Shown here: in pieces, positions 36,703 to 46,969 of the stretch
Numbering within the stretch: position 1 is the first letter of the stretch
How the letters are laid out: each line of letters opens with the position of its first letter
From: Clostridiales bacterium Firm_09
Lineage (GTDB): Bacteria > Bacillota > Clostridia > Christensenellales > DTU072
DNA: 64,000 nucleotides
NCBI GenBank assembly: GCA_001604065.1
Contig: LVAO01000008.1
Span: 40,646-104,645 of the forward strand
Direction: 5' to 3'
Translations under genes and position numbers: made by a program
The notes under the pieces: model-generated
Database searches by the model: none
What the model saw: only the letters and a program-made list of their open reading frames with translations
What the model was told of the DNA's origin: nothing

Positions 36703-39306
36703 ATGCAAAGAAACAAGAGTTTTTTTTGGGTGATATGTTCCATATTGGCAATCTTTTTTTGTGTGCAAGGTTCATCTGCCAGCGCCGAAGAGCTGGGCGA
36801 AACGGCAAGAATAGATATCTATGAATTTTACGGAGAAATCACCTCCGTCAGCCACAACGAAGAGAGGAATATCGGCTTCGGAAACAGGATTCCGGTAGAA
36901 TACCATGATTTCTGTCCGGCAGATGTCCGAGGATTGATATTTTATCCGTTTCTGGGTACCGGGCCGTACGAATACAGCACGGACGGCATCCATTTTTCGG
37001 AGCTGTGTGAAGGAACCGAAATCATAATCGTTCAGAAGCTTATCGTGCGCAGGATGCAAGAACCGTCCGGGGAAGAGCCGGGAGGAACCGGGGAGGAAGA
37101 ACCGTCCGGGGAAGAGCCGGGAGGCGCCGGGGAAGAGCCGGGAGGCGCCGGGGAAGAGAAACCGTCCGGGGAGGAGCCTGGAGGAACCGGGGAGGAAGAA
37201 CCGTCCGGGGAAAACGGAGGGGATACAACGACAGAAAATTTCATTTATACCTTTTTGACGCAGACAGGCGAGGTATTGAAAACCATATCTGTCGCAGCAA
37301 ACAGCACGCTGGCGGAAGTTCCCGAGCCGCCCGTTATTGTTTTATATACCTTCCGATACTGGTCGGAAAAAGGAACAGGCACGCGCGCTGTGTTTTCTGC
37401 CCTTCCGGCATTGCGTGACAGGGAATTTGAGCCATATTATGAGAAAACATCCGCTTTGGTTACATTCTTTTGCGGCACGCTTTCTTCATCTTTCGTCGTA
37501 CCTGTCGGCGGCTTTGTTTCACCGCCCGATCTGGTTACGCCCCAAGGGTATATAACCGTCTGGCGAAAAGAGGCGGAAGGGACAGATTATGATTTTTCTG
37601 TTCCGATTGCCGGAGATTGTGCTTTGTATGCAAGCTATGTGCCCCAAATATATACCGTGCGGTTTTTGCTGGGCGCGGGTCATTCTTCCGACACAATGTT
37701 GCTGGAGCAGGAGGTGCTTTATGGCTCCGCGGCAGTGGCTCCGCAGGTTAATCCCCCGCAGAAAAAACGTTTTGCGGGCTGGGACAAAGATTTTTCCAAA
37801 GTAACCTCTCATCTCGATGTGAATGCGATATATGAAGACTCAATCTGCATTGTCACCCTGATTTTTTTGCCGGAATACTCATCGCAACTGAACATCATTT
37901 ATGGGGAAACGATGCATGAGCCAGAAACGGATACCTTTGAAACTTTTGTTCCGCAAGGTTTCCGCCTATCGGGATGGAAGGAGGCAGGATGCAGCGAATA
38001 TTTTGATTTCGGTTCCCCGATTCTTTCTTCCAAGACCCTATATGCGGAATTTGAACGTATACGTTTTGCAATAAAATATTATGACGGATTTCGTGAAATC
38101 ACCGGTGAAGGATATGTTTCCGAAGTAGAATACGGATCCGTTTTGACCGTACCTCCGATACCCGATAAACAAGGGGCAATCTTTGACGGATGGTGTGATG
38201 CAGAAAATCAGGAAACATTGTATGACTTTGGTTTGCCCGTCGTCGCCGATGTGTCGCTGTATGCACGATATTTGCGACGCTATTCTGTGACTGCGGAGGT
38301 TTCGGAAGGAATCGTCTGCACGCTTTCCGCCACGGAAGGCCAGGGGGGCGAAAGAATCAATTTTACCTACCTGCTTCCGGAGGGATACCTGCTTGCAGAA
38401 AAGAAATTGTTTTGGGAAGGTTCGTATTTCATGCTTTCGGAAGACAGCTTTTGTATTCCCAATGCGGATGTGATTCTTTATCTTGTTCTTGCACCTTCAA
38501 AATATTTTCTGACAGTCAATGTATGCGGATCCGAGATGTCCGCGGTTTACGGTGAACCATTTGAGCCTGCCGTGCCGGACCTGAAGGAACATGAGGTGTT
38601 TTGCGGTTGGTATTCGGATGAGGATTTCTCGCAGCCGTATGAAGGATTTATAAAAGCGCCTTACGGTCAGACAACATATTTGTATCCTAAAATAACAAAC
38701 GAATCCTTTGAGATTGTTTTTGTTTACGGTTATGGCGGAGAATCGGTCCATAATGTTCCGACGTATTATAATGAGATTCCCTTGCCGCCGCAGATAGCAC
38801 AGCAGGAGTACTTGCGATTTGACGGCTGGGACAAGGAGATTGTTGCGGCAGAAGCTCCGGCAAGGTATACGGCGATATATACATTGCTCTTTGATAAATA
38901 TTATTATGACGGAGAAGCATTGATTGCGGAAGTCCGGGACGCGCTCAATTCTCCTGCACCCGTTTATCCCGAAGAAAAGGAGGGAATGGCGTTTGAAGCC
39001 TTCCGTCTGGAATCCGTAGACACACAAACCCATCAGGCAATTTACCGCGCGTCGTATGCGGTTCTTCCTGTAGACATGCAGGAAGAAGAAACGGTTGATT
39101 ATGACGGCACGTACAGTACTATCCCCGAAACAGAAAACATGGATTACGGCATGGTGTATACCGAATCCCCGCTGATGAAGTTTGATTTTGATGCGGATGA
39201 CCCGTTTTTACTGTTTTTGGTGTGCGCTGCGCTCGTGATTCTTTCGGCTCTCCTTACAAAACGTTATTTTTTACGAAAAAAAGAAAATTGGTACATGCAA
39301 AGATAG
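36703..39306 (+). CDS. Cell-surface protein with Listeria/Bacteroides-type (InlB B-repeat, Flg_new) repeats and C-terminal membrane anchor
   Basis: Signal peptide (…CVQGSSASA). At least 7 repeats ending in F.GW...-type motifs (RFAGWDKDF, FDGWCDAEN, FCGWYSDEDF, RFDGWDKEI). An acidic EEPSGEEPGG tandem region. A C-terminal hydrophobic helix followed by KRYFLRKK. Confidence 0.7.
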   Translation: MQRNKSFFWVICSILAIFFCVQGSSASAEELGETARIDIYEFYGEITSVSHNEERNIGFGNRIPVEYHDFCPADVRGLIFYPFLGTGPYEYSTDGIHFSELCEGTEIIIVQKLIVRRMQEPSGEEPGGTGEEEPSGEEPGGAGEEPGGAGEEKPSGEEPGGTGEEEPSGENGGDTTTENFIYTFLTQTGEVLKTISVAANSTLAEVPEPPVIVLYTFRYWSEKGTGTRAVFSALPALRDREFEPYYEKTSALVTFFCGTLSSSFVVPVGGFVSPPDLVTPQGYITVWRKEAEGTDYDFSVPIAGDCALYASYVPQIYTVRFLLGAGHSSDTMLLEQEVLYGSAAVAPQVNPPQKKRFAGWDKDFSKVTSHLDVNAIYEDSICIVTLIFLPEYSSQLNIIYGETMHEPETDTFETFVPQGFRLSGWKEAGCSEYFDFGSPILSSKTLYAEFERIRFAIKYYDGFREITGEGYVSEVEYGSVLTVPPIPDKQGAIFDGWCDAENQETLYDFGLPVVADVSLYARYLRRYSVTAEVSEGIVCTLSATEGQGGERINFTYLLPEGYLLAEKKLFWEGSYFMLSEDSFCIPNADVILYLVLAPSKYFLTVNVCGSEMSAVYGEPFEPAVPDLKEHEVFCGWYSDEDFSQPYEGFIKAPYGQTTYLYPKITNESFEIVFVYGYGGESVHNVPTYYNEIPLPPQIAQQEYLRFDGWDKEIVAAEAPARYTAIYTLLFDKYYYDGEALIAEVRDALNSPAPVYPEEKEGMAFEAFRLESVDTQTHQAIYRASYAVLPVDMQEEETVDYDGTYSTIPETENMDYGMVYTESPLMKFDFDADDPFLLFLVCAALVILSALLTKRYFLRKKENWYMQR
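37060..37216 (+). repeat. In-frame GC-rich tandem repeats encoding (E)EPSGEEPGG(T/A)GEE
   Basis: GAACCGTCCGGGGAAGAGCCGGGAGG units recur with 39-nt and shorter 21-24-nt periods across about 155 nt. Confidence 0.85.
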
Positions 39307-39375
39307 AACGAATAAGGATTCTCCTGCAAAGCCCGTTTGAAACAAGAACAGATTGTCATGCCGAGGGCAAATCGT

Positions 39376-40560
39376 TTATTCCGCGGAATCCCGTAGGATG
39401 CGGATTCCTTTTTGCGGCTGATAGGTATCGCGGCGGATGCGCAAGGAGGAAATCAGCTTGCCGTCCTCATAAATATCCCTATATCCTTCCGATACATATC
39501 CGGGCTTATGCGGAACCAGAATGCGTTCGTTCTCTCCTTCCGCAAGCTGCGAAGAGTCCAAAATGTCTTCATATGTTTCGGGATAGAGGACCTTAATGAT
39601 TTCGGAACGGAAAACGACTGTTTTTTCGGCATAGACCGGTGCGCCGTAAAAGGTAAACTTCACGGTTTTTCCGTCGGCCTCGCCTTTGATATAGACGGGA
39701 TGGCCGGTTGTGTTTCTGAAGACAAGGTCGGACGCGGATGTCACCATGGCATCAAAGGAAAGGTCCACATAACCTACCGGAAGCGAATGGCTGGTCACCT
39801 TCGTAACCTCCAGCCCCGCGCGTATTGCGGTATTGTAAAGGGTGGTGGAAACCTGACAGACCCCGCCGCCGACTCCTGTGACAAATTTGCCGCCGGAAAT
39901 GATTTTTGCCTCCAGAAAGCCCCGTTCAAGGGAGCGGTCGCCCACCGTGGCGTTAAAAGAAAATTCCGCTCCGGCAGGAAGGACAGTTCCGTTCAGAAAG
40001 GATACCGCAAGCGCGATATTGTGCTTGCGGTTGTCTGCCGAACTTTCATAGACCGTGGAGAAGGAAGCTGTTTCGACCGTAATCTTTTTCAGAGCTTCTT
40101 CCGTTACGGCAGGAGGCACGGGGAACTTCTTAAGAGTGACAGTCGTCTGCGCGCCCAGATGATAGAATACATCCCGGATGAGTGCCATGCGGTCAACGCA
40201 TGTTCCGATCTCTTCCGACGTATAAAAGAATTGCTCTTTGTCCCAACGGACGGTCGCGTCTTTACAAGGGAGTTCGCAAGAGACGGCAACGCGCTCAAGA
40301 TCCTCCGCAAGCTCCGCATTCAACAACTCCGGTGCATTCAATTTGTCTGTCAGACCATCGAATAGCTCCTGATAACCTCCTTTCATAAAAAAAGTTTTCC
40401 ATTTTGTAGAGAATCGTATGGTATAACTTTTTTGCAGCACAATTTCCTGTCCGTCCTGAACGGTAAGCAAAAAACTTCTTTTTGCCGCACCCAGAAGAAA
40501 AATGCCTGACAGCGCGAGCATCAGAAGCATTGCGATAATTACGATGCGCCGTTTTTTCAT
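39376..40560 (-). CDS. VanW-family protein (N-terminal TM anchor, C-terminal G5-like domain)
   Basis: VanW core FSFNATVGDRS.ERGF ... GGGVCQVSTTLYNTAIRAGLEV. 394 aa. Confidence 0.7.
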   Translation of the reverse strand: MKKRRIVIIAMLLMLALSGIFLLGAAKRSFLLTVQDGQEIVLQKSYTIRFSTKWKTFFMKGGYQELFDGLTDKLNAPELLNAELAEDLERVAVSCELPCKDATVRWDKEQFFYTSEEIGTCVDRMALIRDVFYHLGAQTTVTLKKFPVPPAVTEEALKKITVETASFSTVYESSADNRKHNIALAVSFLNGTVLPAGAEFSFNATVGDRSLERGFLEAKIISGGKFVTGVGGGVCQVSTTLYNTAIRAGLEVTKVTSHSLPVGYVDLSFDAMVTSASDLVFRNTTGHPVYIKGEADGKTVKFTFYGAPVYAEKTVVFRSEIIKVLYPETYEDILDSSQLAEGENERILVPHKPGYVSEGYRDIYEDGKLISSLRIRRDTYQPQKGIRILRDSAE

Positions 40561-40672
40561 AACGCTAGTATGCGGGAAACATAATAAAATAAAAGGATAA
40601 ACGGAAAGTTGAAAAACACTTTGCAGGAAACTCGATTTTCGAGTCCGTACCGATGATTCAGGAAGCGGTTCT

Positions 40673-42025
40673 TTAAGACATCAGCCGCGGGATCTGGATT
40701 TTTGTGGCAAGAAAAGCCTTCTGCCCTTCGGCGGTGCGCAGGCAGGCATCGTTTGCTGCAAGGTGCATGAGTTCTTCCATCGTTTTGCCGCGTTCTGCCG
40801 GAGGAATGCCCGCGGCAATCAGATCGTTGCCATCCACTTTCAGTTCTTTGATGGAAAAAGGCACACCCTCTTCACGCATGGTGCGGTATGTTTCTTCCAT
40901 GCGTATGCCGGAAGGATTTCGCCCGGTATGCATGCCGCTTCCAAGGTAGTCGGCGTCTTTAAGGGCGACAAGGTCATGGAGGATATCCGCATTTTTTTGC
41001 ACGAACAAACGCAGCTTCTTTTCACCTGTCTCGCATTTCAGATCATACATGTGCGCTTCGACCAGCCGCGCCCAGCGCTCGATATCATCATTCGAAAAGC
41101 ATAGTTTTTTTAACCGTTTGCGCAGAAGCATGGCGCCGGTAAACTCATGTCCCGCCATTTTGCCGGTCGTGATTTTATTGAGAGGCTTGGTGCTGTCATG
41201 GAAGAGCGCGGCCATGCGGACCTGTGGCGGAGAAAGATCAAACACTCTGATAATATGTTCAAGCACATCATACTTATGATAATCCGTCCGCTGCGGAAAA
41301 CCCTTGCATTCCAGGAGTTCCGGTAGGATGAAATCCATTAATCCCAAGTCCAAAAGCATTCGTATTGCCCGCGTATGGGCACCCTTAACATCATAAAACG
41401 TATCACAAACAATTATCTTTGAAAATTCTTCACCGATGCGTGAATCATGGACATCCTTAAGCAGAAAGCGGTATTTGCGGCTGGCTTCATATAAATCCGG
41501 ATCTATTTCGAAACCGCAGGAGCAGGCGATCCGCACAAGACGGAGAAGCCGCAGCCCATCCTCCCTCATCACTTCTTCCGGCGAGCGGGTGGCGCGGAGA
41601 AGTCGTTTTTCGATATCATATATGCCGCCGAGAGGGTCGACGTATTCTCCTTTTTTTATATTGTAATAGATGGCATCCGCGGTAAAATCCCGTCTTCCGG
41701 CATCTTCGGCGAGGTCGGAAGTAAAACGCACATCTTCCGGGGCATGGCTGCCGCCCGCGGCATAGCTGTCGATGCGGAAGGCGGTATATTCGTATTCCTT
41801 CCCGAATCCTTTTATTTTCAGTGTGCCCAGTTTCGGACTGGTGGGAAGGACAACAAAGCCGGTGTTTTTCAGGCAGCGCGCAACCTCCTCCGGCAGCATA
41901 TCGGAGGCAAGATCGACATCCTTTGGCGCAAAACCCAACAAGCTGTCGCGCACCGCGCCTCCCACCGCATACAAAGTTGCGGGAAAGACGGAGGCAAGTT
42001 GTAACAATATCGGATCGGCTAGCAT
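40673..42025 (-). CDS. cca: CCA-adding tRNA nucleotidyltransferase (with HD domain)
   Basis: Nucleotidyltransferase head AVGGAVRDSLLG...KDVDLA. RRDFT and an HD-type C-terminal half (HD..K). Confidence 0.78.
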   Translation of the reverse strand: MLADPILLQLASVFPATLYAVGGAVRDSLLGFAPKDVDLASDMLPEEVARCLKNTGFVVLPTSPKLGTLKIKGFGKEYEYTAFRIDSYAAGGSHAPEDVRFTSDLAEDAGRRDFTADAIYYNIKKGEYVDPLGGIYDIEKRLLRATRSPEEVMREDGLRLLRLVRIACSCGFEIDPDLYEASRKYRFLLKDVHDSRIGEEFSKIIVCDTFYDVKGAHTRAIRMLLDLGLMDFILPELLECKGFPQRTDYHKYDVLEHIIRVFDLSPPQVRMAALFHDSTKPLNKITTGKMAGHEFTGAMLLRKRLKKLCFSNDDIERWARLVEAHMYDLKCETGEKKLRLFVQKNADILHDLVALKDADYLGSGMHTGRNPSGIRMEETYRTMREEGVPFSIKELKVDGNDLIAAGIPPAERGKTMEELMHLAANDACLRTAEGQKAFLATKIQIPRLMS

Positions 42026-42576
42026 TTTTTATTTTTTGCAGAAAGATAAATTTCTGGTTTCAATATACATACATCCGGCAGATTCCTGTATTTTTCGGCA
42101 TAATCCAGCCCATAGCCCACGACAAATTCATTAGGAACTCTGAAGCCGACGTAATCGCCCTCCAGTTCTGTTTCTCTGCGGTCCGGTTTATCCAGAAGGG
42201 AGCAGATTTTTAAGGATGCCGGATTGCGGTTGTTGAGAAGTCGTTTGAGATATTGGAGCGTATGTCCGGTGTCGATGATGTCCTCGACAAGAATAACGTC
42301 AAGGCCCTCAATGGGCTGCGAAACATCTTTGATAATACGCACTTCGCCGCTGGTGGATACGCCTGCGCCATAGCTGGACACCGCCATAAAATCCAGGCGT
42401 ACATCAAGATCGATGGCGCGTGCAATATCGGCGAAAAACAGCACTGCGCCCCGCAGGATACAAATCATCAGCACGCTTTTGCCCTGATAATCTCTGGTGA
42501 TTTCTGCGGCCATCTCCTTGACGCGCGCGGCAATTTCTTCTTTGGTCAACAACACTCTGATAACATCCGGATGCAT
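42019..42576 (-). CDS. hpt: Hypoxanthine phosphoribosyltransferase
   Basis: PRPP motif VILVEDIIDTGHTL and C-terminal VGYGLDYAEKYRNLP. The ATG at 42576 overlaps the tilS stop. Confidence 0.92.
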   Translation of the reverse strand: MHPDVIRVLLTKEEIAARVKEMAAEITRDYQGKSVLMICILRGAVLFFADIARAIDLDVRLDFMAVSSYGAGVSTSGEVRIIKDVSQPIEGLDVILVEDIIDTGHTLQYLKRLLNNRNPASLKICSLLDKPDRRETELEGDYVGFRVPNEFVVGYGLDYAEKYRNLPDVCILKPEIYLSAKNKKC

Positions 42577-43853
42577 TAAGTTTCTCCTTTGAAGCAAAAA
42601 ACAATCAATATATTTTTTGTATTTTTGTCAATTTTTGCCTGTTCTGCAATTTCATGGCCAAGGACAGCATAAATCCTGCTTCCGCAAGCAAGCACCAGAA
42701 GACGATCGCGTTCGGTCTGCGGCAGCTTCTGATCCGTCAGATAATCCGACAGACTCTTTTCTGCCCCTTTGTATCTTCTGAAGACATCGCCCGTTCTTCG
42801 CGTCCGCACAACGGCGTCCGGCGGGATTTTATCCCGGTCGAAACTTCGTCCCGGAACGATGCAATTTCCCTCCGAAAACTGATAGACCGTCCCGGCATAG
42901 TCGTATCGGCCGTCGGGCGAAAAGGGCATCTCGTAGGGTGCAAGCTCCTCTCGAAAGACAAAGCGCAGTCTTCCATATTCTTTTATCACATCGATATTGA
43001 AAGGAAGATTGAGGCGCGCGCCGTTGTTTTTTTCTCTCAGCCCATATATCGCATCAAGATGGACAGATTCTATATCTTTCTGGGCGCCTGCGGATCGGAC
43101 AGCCTCCGCAATCGATTTTTTTGCTATCGCAGGATGCCGTTCCAAAACGGAGACAGGCAGGTATACGTCGGCGCCCTCCCGGTACGAGGGCGTAATTTCA
43201 CTTAAGAGATACTCTTCCAATTCTCTGAAGATGGCAGCGTTTCTTCCTATCACCGCATTCAGATCGGGATATCTGGTTTTGAGAAGCGGCAGCGCTTCAT
43301 TGCGCAGGAAGTTCCGCCTGTATTCGCTGTCCGTGTTGGTCGCATCTTCCCTGTAAGGGATGCCATTCTGTCTGGCAAATGCCAGAATATCGCATTTCGG
43401 ATACCCCAACAATGGATGAATGTAACCTTTTCTGTCCGTAATGCCTCGCAAGCCTCTCACTCCGGAGCCTCTTAGAAAACGCATCATCACAGTTTCGGCC
43501 TGGTCGTCAAGATGGTGGGCAAGGGCAATCACATCTACTTTTTTGGATGTGAGAAGCTCTTCAAAAAAGGCGTACCGAAGCTCACGTGCGGCAAGCTCGA
43601 CAGAGATGCCGTGCTCTTCTGCATAGCTCGGGGCGTCCACCTTGCGGAACAAAAACGGAACACTTTTTTTTTCGCTGAATTCTTTGACAAACGCGCTGTC
43701 CTGTGCGGATGCTTCGCCGCGGATTGAGTGGTCAACATGGACAACAGAGACTTTCGCTCCTGCATCCAGCAACAGCGTCAGCAGGACCATGCTGTCCGCC
43801 CCGCCCGAAACCGCCGCGCCGATGTGCAGATGCTTGTCGATTTCAATCTTCAT
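42576..43853 (-). CDS. tilS: tRNA(Ile)-lysidine synthetase
   Basis: PP-loop AVSGGADSMVLL, followed by hpt as in most Firmicutes. Confidence 0.9.
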   Translation of the reverse strand: MKIEIDKHLHIGAAVSGGADSMVLLTLLLDAGAKVSVVHVDHSIRGEASAQDSAFVKEFSEKKSVPFLFRKVDAPSYAEEHGISVELAARELRYAFFEELLTSKKVDVIALAHHLDDQAETVMMRFLRGSGVRGLRGITDRKGYIHPLLGYPKCDILAFARQNGIPYREDATNTDSEYRRNFLRNEALPLLKTRYPDLNAVIGRNAAIFRELEEYLLSEITPSYREGADVYLPVSVLERHPAIAKKSIAEAVRSAGAQKDIESVHLDAIYGLREKNNGARLNLPFNIDVIKEYGRLRFVFREELAPYEMPFSPDGRYDYAGTVYQFSEGNCIVPGRSFDRDKIPPDAVVRTRRTGDVFRRYKGAEKSLSDYLTDQKLPQTERDRLLVLACGSRIYAVLGHEIAEQAKIDKNTKNILIVFCFKGET

Positions 43854-43967
43854 ATATATAGTATAGCAAACGGTGCAGGAATTGTAAATCCGAAATCGAG
43901 ACAGCGTACAGAAAAACTGCGCCTTTCTTCTTTGAGAAAAGCGCAGTTCATGCTTTTATTATTTGTA

Positions 43968-45272
43968 TTATTTGCCGGCTCTTTTTGCAGCCTTGGCTTC
44001 TTTGCGCCAGCGGTGATAGAAGAACCATATAATCATCAATGCGACGCTGCAAAGTGCGCTGACCCAGGTCAGAGCGGAGAATTTGACGGTAATCCAGTTC
44101 GCAAATTCACTGAACGTGGCAACAGTGCCCGCATCCATGCTGAGTTGAGCGGCAAATTTGTTTAATATGGTGTTCAGACTCCGGAAAAGGATGGACGGGA
44201 TTCCGACAAAAAGGACATAGGGCATCCATCCGAAGAATTTCGGGAAGAACATGCCGACAGTTTTGTTGCGGGCAAAGAATTTTACCAGTATTTTGAGGAT
44301 CAGATAGGCCCATGACCCGATGACAATAAGGAGGAAGATCCCAAGATATTTGAGCACCGAGCTGATGTATCGGATGGTGCTTTCGTCCATTCCGCCGAAG
44401 ATTTTATCTGCTATATAGGCTTTTACTTCGTCTGTATTGGCAATATGCGTGCCCTCTTCGCCTTGAATTTTGTTGAAGAGCCAGACGATTATGCCGTCCT
44501 CGCTGATATCGCCTTCGGGCGACCATTCTGCTATGGCTTCATCAAACTGGTGTATAATATCGTTTTTGAGTTCCTGCGCTTTGGCGTCAATCTCGGCTTG
44601 GGTGTAAGAGCCTGCTCCCTGGGAATCGATTAAAGCTTGTTCGGCATAGACGGATACCAGTTTATCGAGCGTTTCGGAGGTCTGCAGTGTCTCTGAAACA
44701 GCGTTGGGCCCGCCCTGAAGGAATGCAATGAGCGTGTCGGACAAATCTGTTGCCAAATTGTCTATATCGCTTTCTGAAATGCCATACTGGGATTCGAGTT
44801 CCTGCATTACCTGCTCGTCCGTCGGATTACCGCCCAGACTTGCGGCAAGCTCATGGTAAATCTGATCTTTGGCTTTTTCTACAACCGTATTGATGACAAT
44901 CTTTGTGAAGGCAGCCAGGACTTCGTCCACGAGATTGAAAAGGTCATCAATGACAATCCCCAATTGATTGTCCAGCATGGCGCGTACGGCCGCGGAGGAA
45001 TCCCCGGTGACGGCCTGGAGCAGTACCGCGCTTTGCAACTGGAAGGAGAACGGGATATTCATGTCAATGCCTTCAAACAATGTTGCATAATCGACATCGT
45101 TCTCTTCGCCTTCTTGCATTTGTTCTTCTGCCACAGAAGTCAGCAAATCTCCATCGACATGGATGGATAATTGAACTGCAAAAAAATTGCCCGTGCAAAG
45201 CGTGATGATGGACAGCACCGCAAGCACGATGACGATAATGTTTGTTACAATGATTTTTGGATTATTGTTCAT
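43968..45272 (-). CDS. Hypothetical membrane protein (N-terminal anchor, about 270-aa acidic helical ectodomain, C-terminal multi-TM domain)
   Basis: 434-aa ORF with a clear hydrophobic/acidic domain organisation. I recognise no family. Confidence 0.5.
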   Translation of the reverse strand: MNNNPKIIVTNIIVIVLAVLSIITLCTGNFFAVQLSIHVDGDLLTSVAEEQMQEGEENDVDYATLFEGIDMNIPFSFQLQSAVLLQAVTGDSSAAVRAMLDNQLGIVIDDLFNLVDEVLAAFTKIVINTVVEKAKDQIYHELAASLGGNPTDEQVMQELESQYGISESDIDNLATDLSDTLIAFLQGGPNAVSETLQTSETLDKLVSVYAEQALIDSQGAGSYTQAEIDAKAQELKNDIIHQFDEAIAEWSPEGDISEDGIIVWLFNKIQGEEGTHIANTDEVKAYIADKIFGGMDESTIRYISSVLKYLGIFLLIVIGSWAYLILKILVKFFARNKTVGMFFPKFFGWMPYVLFVGIPSILFRSLNTILNKFAAQLSMDAGTVATFSEFANWITVKFSALTWVSALCSVALMIIWFFYHRWRKEAKAAKRAGK

Positions 45273-45538
45273 TTACCCCTCCAATAAAAAACATGCGCAA
45301 CGAAAAAACAGAACTTAAATTTATTATAGCACGAAAGGAACACCATGTAAAGAGTCAATATTCGATCCGGCAGGAGATGCATGGTCTGTTTCTCGTTGAT
45401 TATCCGGCGTCCCGGAGCCTCCTGAAGAAAAAGGCATCGGAAATCCGGGCATGAAATAAAATCAATTTCCAAACTATCATTGATTTTTTAAGCCGTTTTG
45501 CAGTACAATGAAAATGCAGTCTGCATGGGAGAAGGAAC

Positions 45539-46762
45539 ATGAAAACCATTTTTGTAAAAAGCCTTATTGCCATCCTCATTTTAGCGGTCCTGGCATCGGT
45601 CGGCTTTGCCGTTGTTGTCGCAACCCGGACGGAGGAAGAAGCCCTGCCCGTGGACAGAGGGATGCCTGTTGTCCGATTTGTCCGCCCCGAAGGTGAGACA
45701 CCGTATCTTATCAAAACCTACTCCGATGGCACATGGTGCAGCGAACCTTTCAAAATCTTGACCTTCACAGATCCGCATTTTTCGGGATTTGCCGAAATGC
45801 CGGGGGACGCGGTTTCTCTTAAACTTATAGAAAATACTATAAAATATGAGCATCCTGATTTGGTCGTGCTTACCGGCGATATCGCTGTGGGCTGGGCTTC
45901 ACGGCTGGCGGCAACTAATATCGGAGACTTGTTTGAAAGGTATCAGCAATATTGGGGATTTGTATTGGGGAATCATGACGGCGAGAACGAATTGGGTGTC
46001 TCAAGAAAAGAAATGGTAGAAATTTTCTGTTCATACGAACACTGCGTTGTTTCCGAGGGGCCGGAGAATGTCTGGGGAAACGGCAACAGTATCGTCAATG
46101 TTATAAAAGGCGATGGCGAGGTATTGCAGAGCCTTGTCTTTATAGATTCCGGAGATCATCTCAAGAAAGAGTTCTGCGAGGCGTACGGCTTTGAATACAC
46201 CGAAGGATATGATTTTATCAAGTATGATCAGATTGAGTGGTATAAGTCCGAAATGCGTGCCATCGCGGCACGCAACGGAAACAAAATGCCGGATTCAATC
46301 ATGTTTTTACATATTCCTCTTAAAGAATATCGTATTGCTTACGACCTTGCTTGCCAGAACGGTACCGTTCTTTCCGGCGAGCGTCGGGAAGCAGAATGCG
46401 ACTCACCCTATAACACAGGCATGTTCGATGCCATTCTTGAAATCGGCAGTACGAAGGCAGTCGTATGCGGACACGATCACATCAATGACTACATAGTCGA
46501 ATATCAAGGGGTCAAACTGTTGTATTCCTGCAGCACATCCTTTAACTCTTATTACATGCGCAAACGGGAATCCATTTATTATATTTTATATAAGATGGGT
46601 GCAGACATCCCGTTTTCCGACGGACATACCCTTTTCGAGGTGGATAAAAACGGCAAAACGACCATTACGCCCATTTATAATCAGAACAATCCGCGGCTGC
46701 TGGAAGGCCTGACAAGAGAACAACTGGAAGCGGTCAATTTTTCAGAAACCATGCCGCAATAA
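45539..46762 (+). CDS. Calcineurin-like metallophosphoesterase with N-terminal TM anchor
   Basis: FTDPHF, LTGDI, GNHDGE, FLHIPL and CGHDHIND motifs, in canonical order. Confidence 0.8.
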   Translation: MKTIFVKSLIAILILAVLASVGFAVVVATRTEEEALPVDRGMPVVRFVRPEGETPYLIKTYSDGTWCSEPFKILTFTDPHFSGFAEMPGDAVSLKLIENTIKYEHPDLVVLTGDIAVGWASRLAATNIGDLFERYQQYWGFVLGNHDGENELGVSRKEMVEIFCSYEHCVVSEGPENVWGNGNSIVNVIKGDGEVLQSLVFIDSGDHLKKEFCEAYGFEYTEGYDFIKYDQIEWYKSEMRAIAARNGNKMPDSIMFLHIPLKEYRIAYDLACQNGTVLSGERREAECDSPYNTGMFDAILEIGSTKAVVCGHDHINDYIVEYQGVKLLYSCSTSFNSYYMRKRESIYYILYKMGADIPFSDGHTLFEVDKNGKTTITPIYNQNNPRLLEGLTREQLEAVNFSETMPQ

Positions 46763-46969
46763 GGAGAAGCAAGGAAACACGGGAGCTTGAAAACTTACCA
46801 TACATATTTTGACGCCTCTTCTGAAACGGAAGGCCGCATCCGCACAATCTTTTCATGAAACGGCGCCATGAGCATGCAGAATATCCTGGGCATTACGAAG
46901 GATTTTGCGTATTGCTTTTATTTTCATGTTGTAATATGATTAAGACAATAATGAAGGGGGTTCATCATT

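Noticed and set aside
37060-37216. Checked whether this repeat, or any other, could be a CRISPR array.
   Set aside because: The repeats are contiguous with no spacers, in-frame and inside a CDS. I saw no repeat-spacer architecture and no cas genes anywhere in the window.
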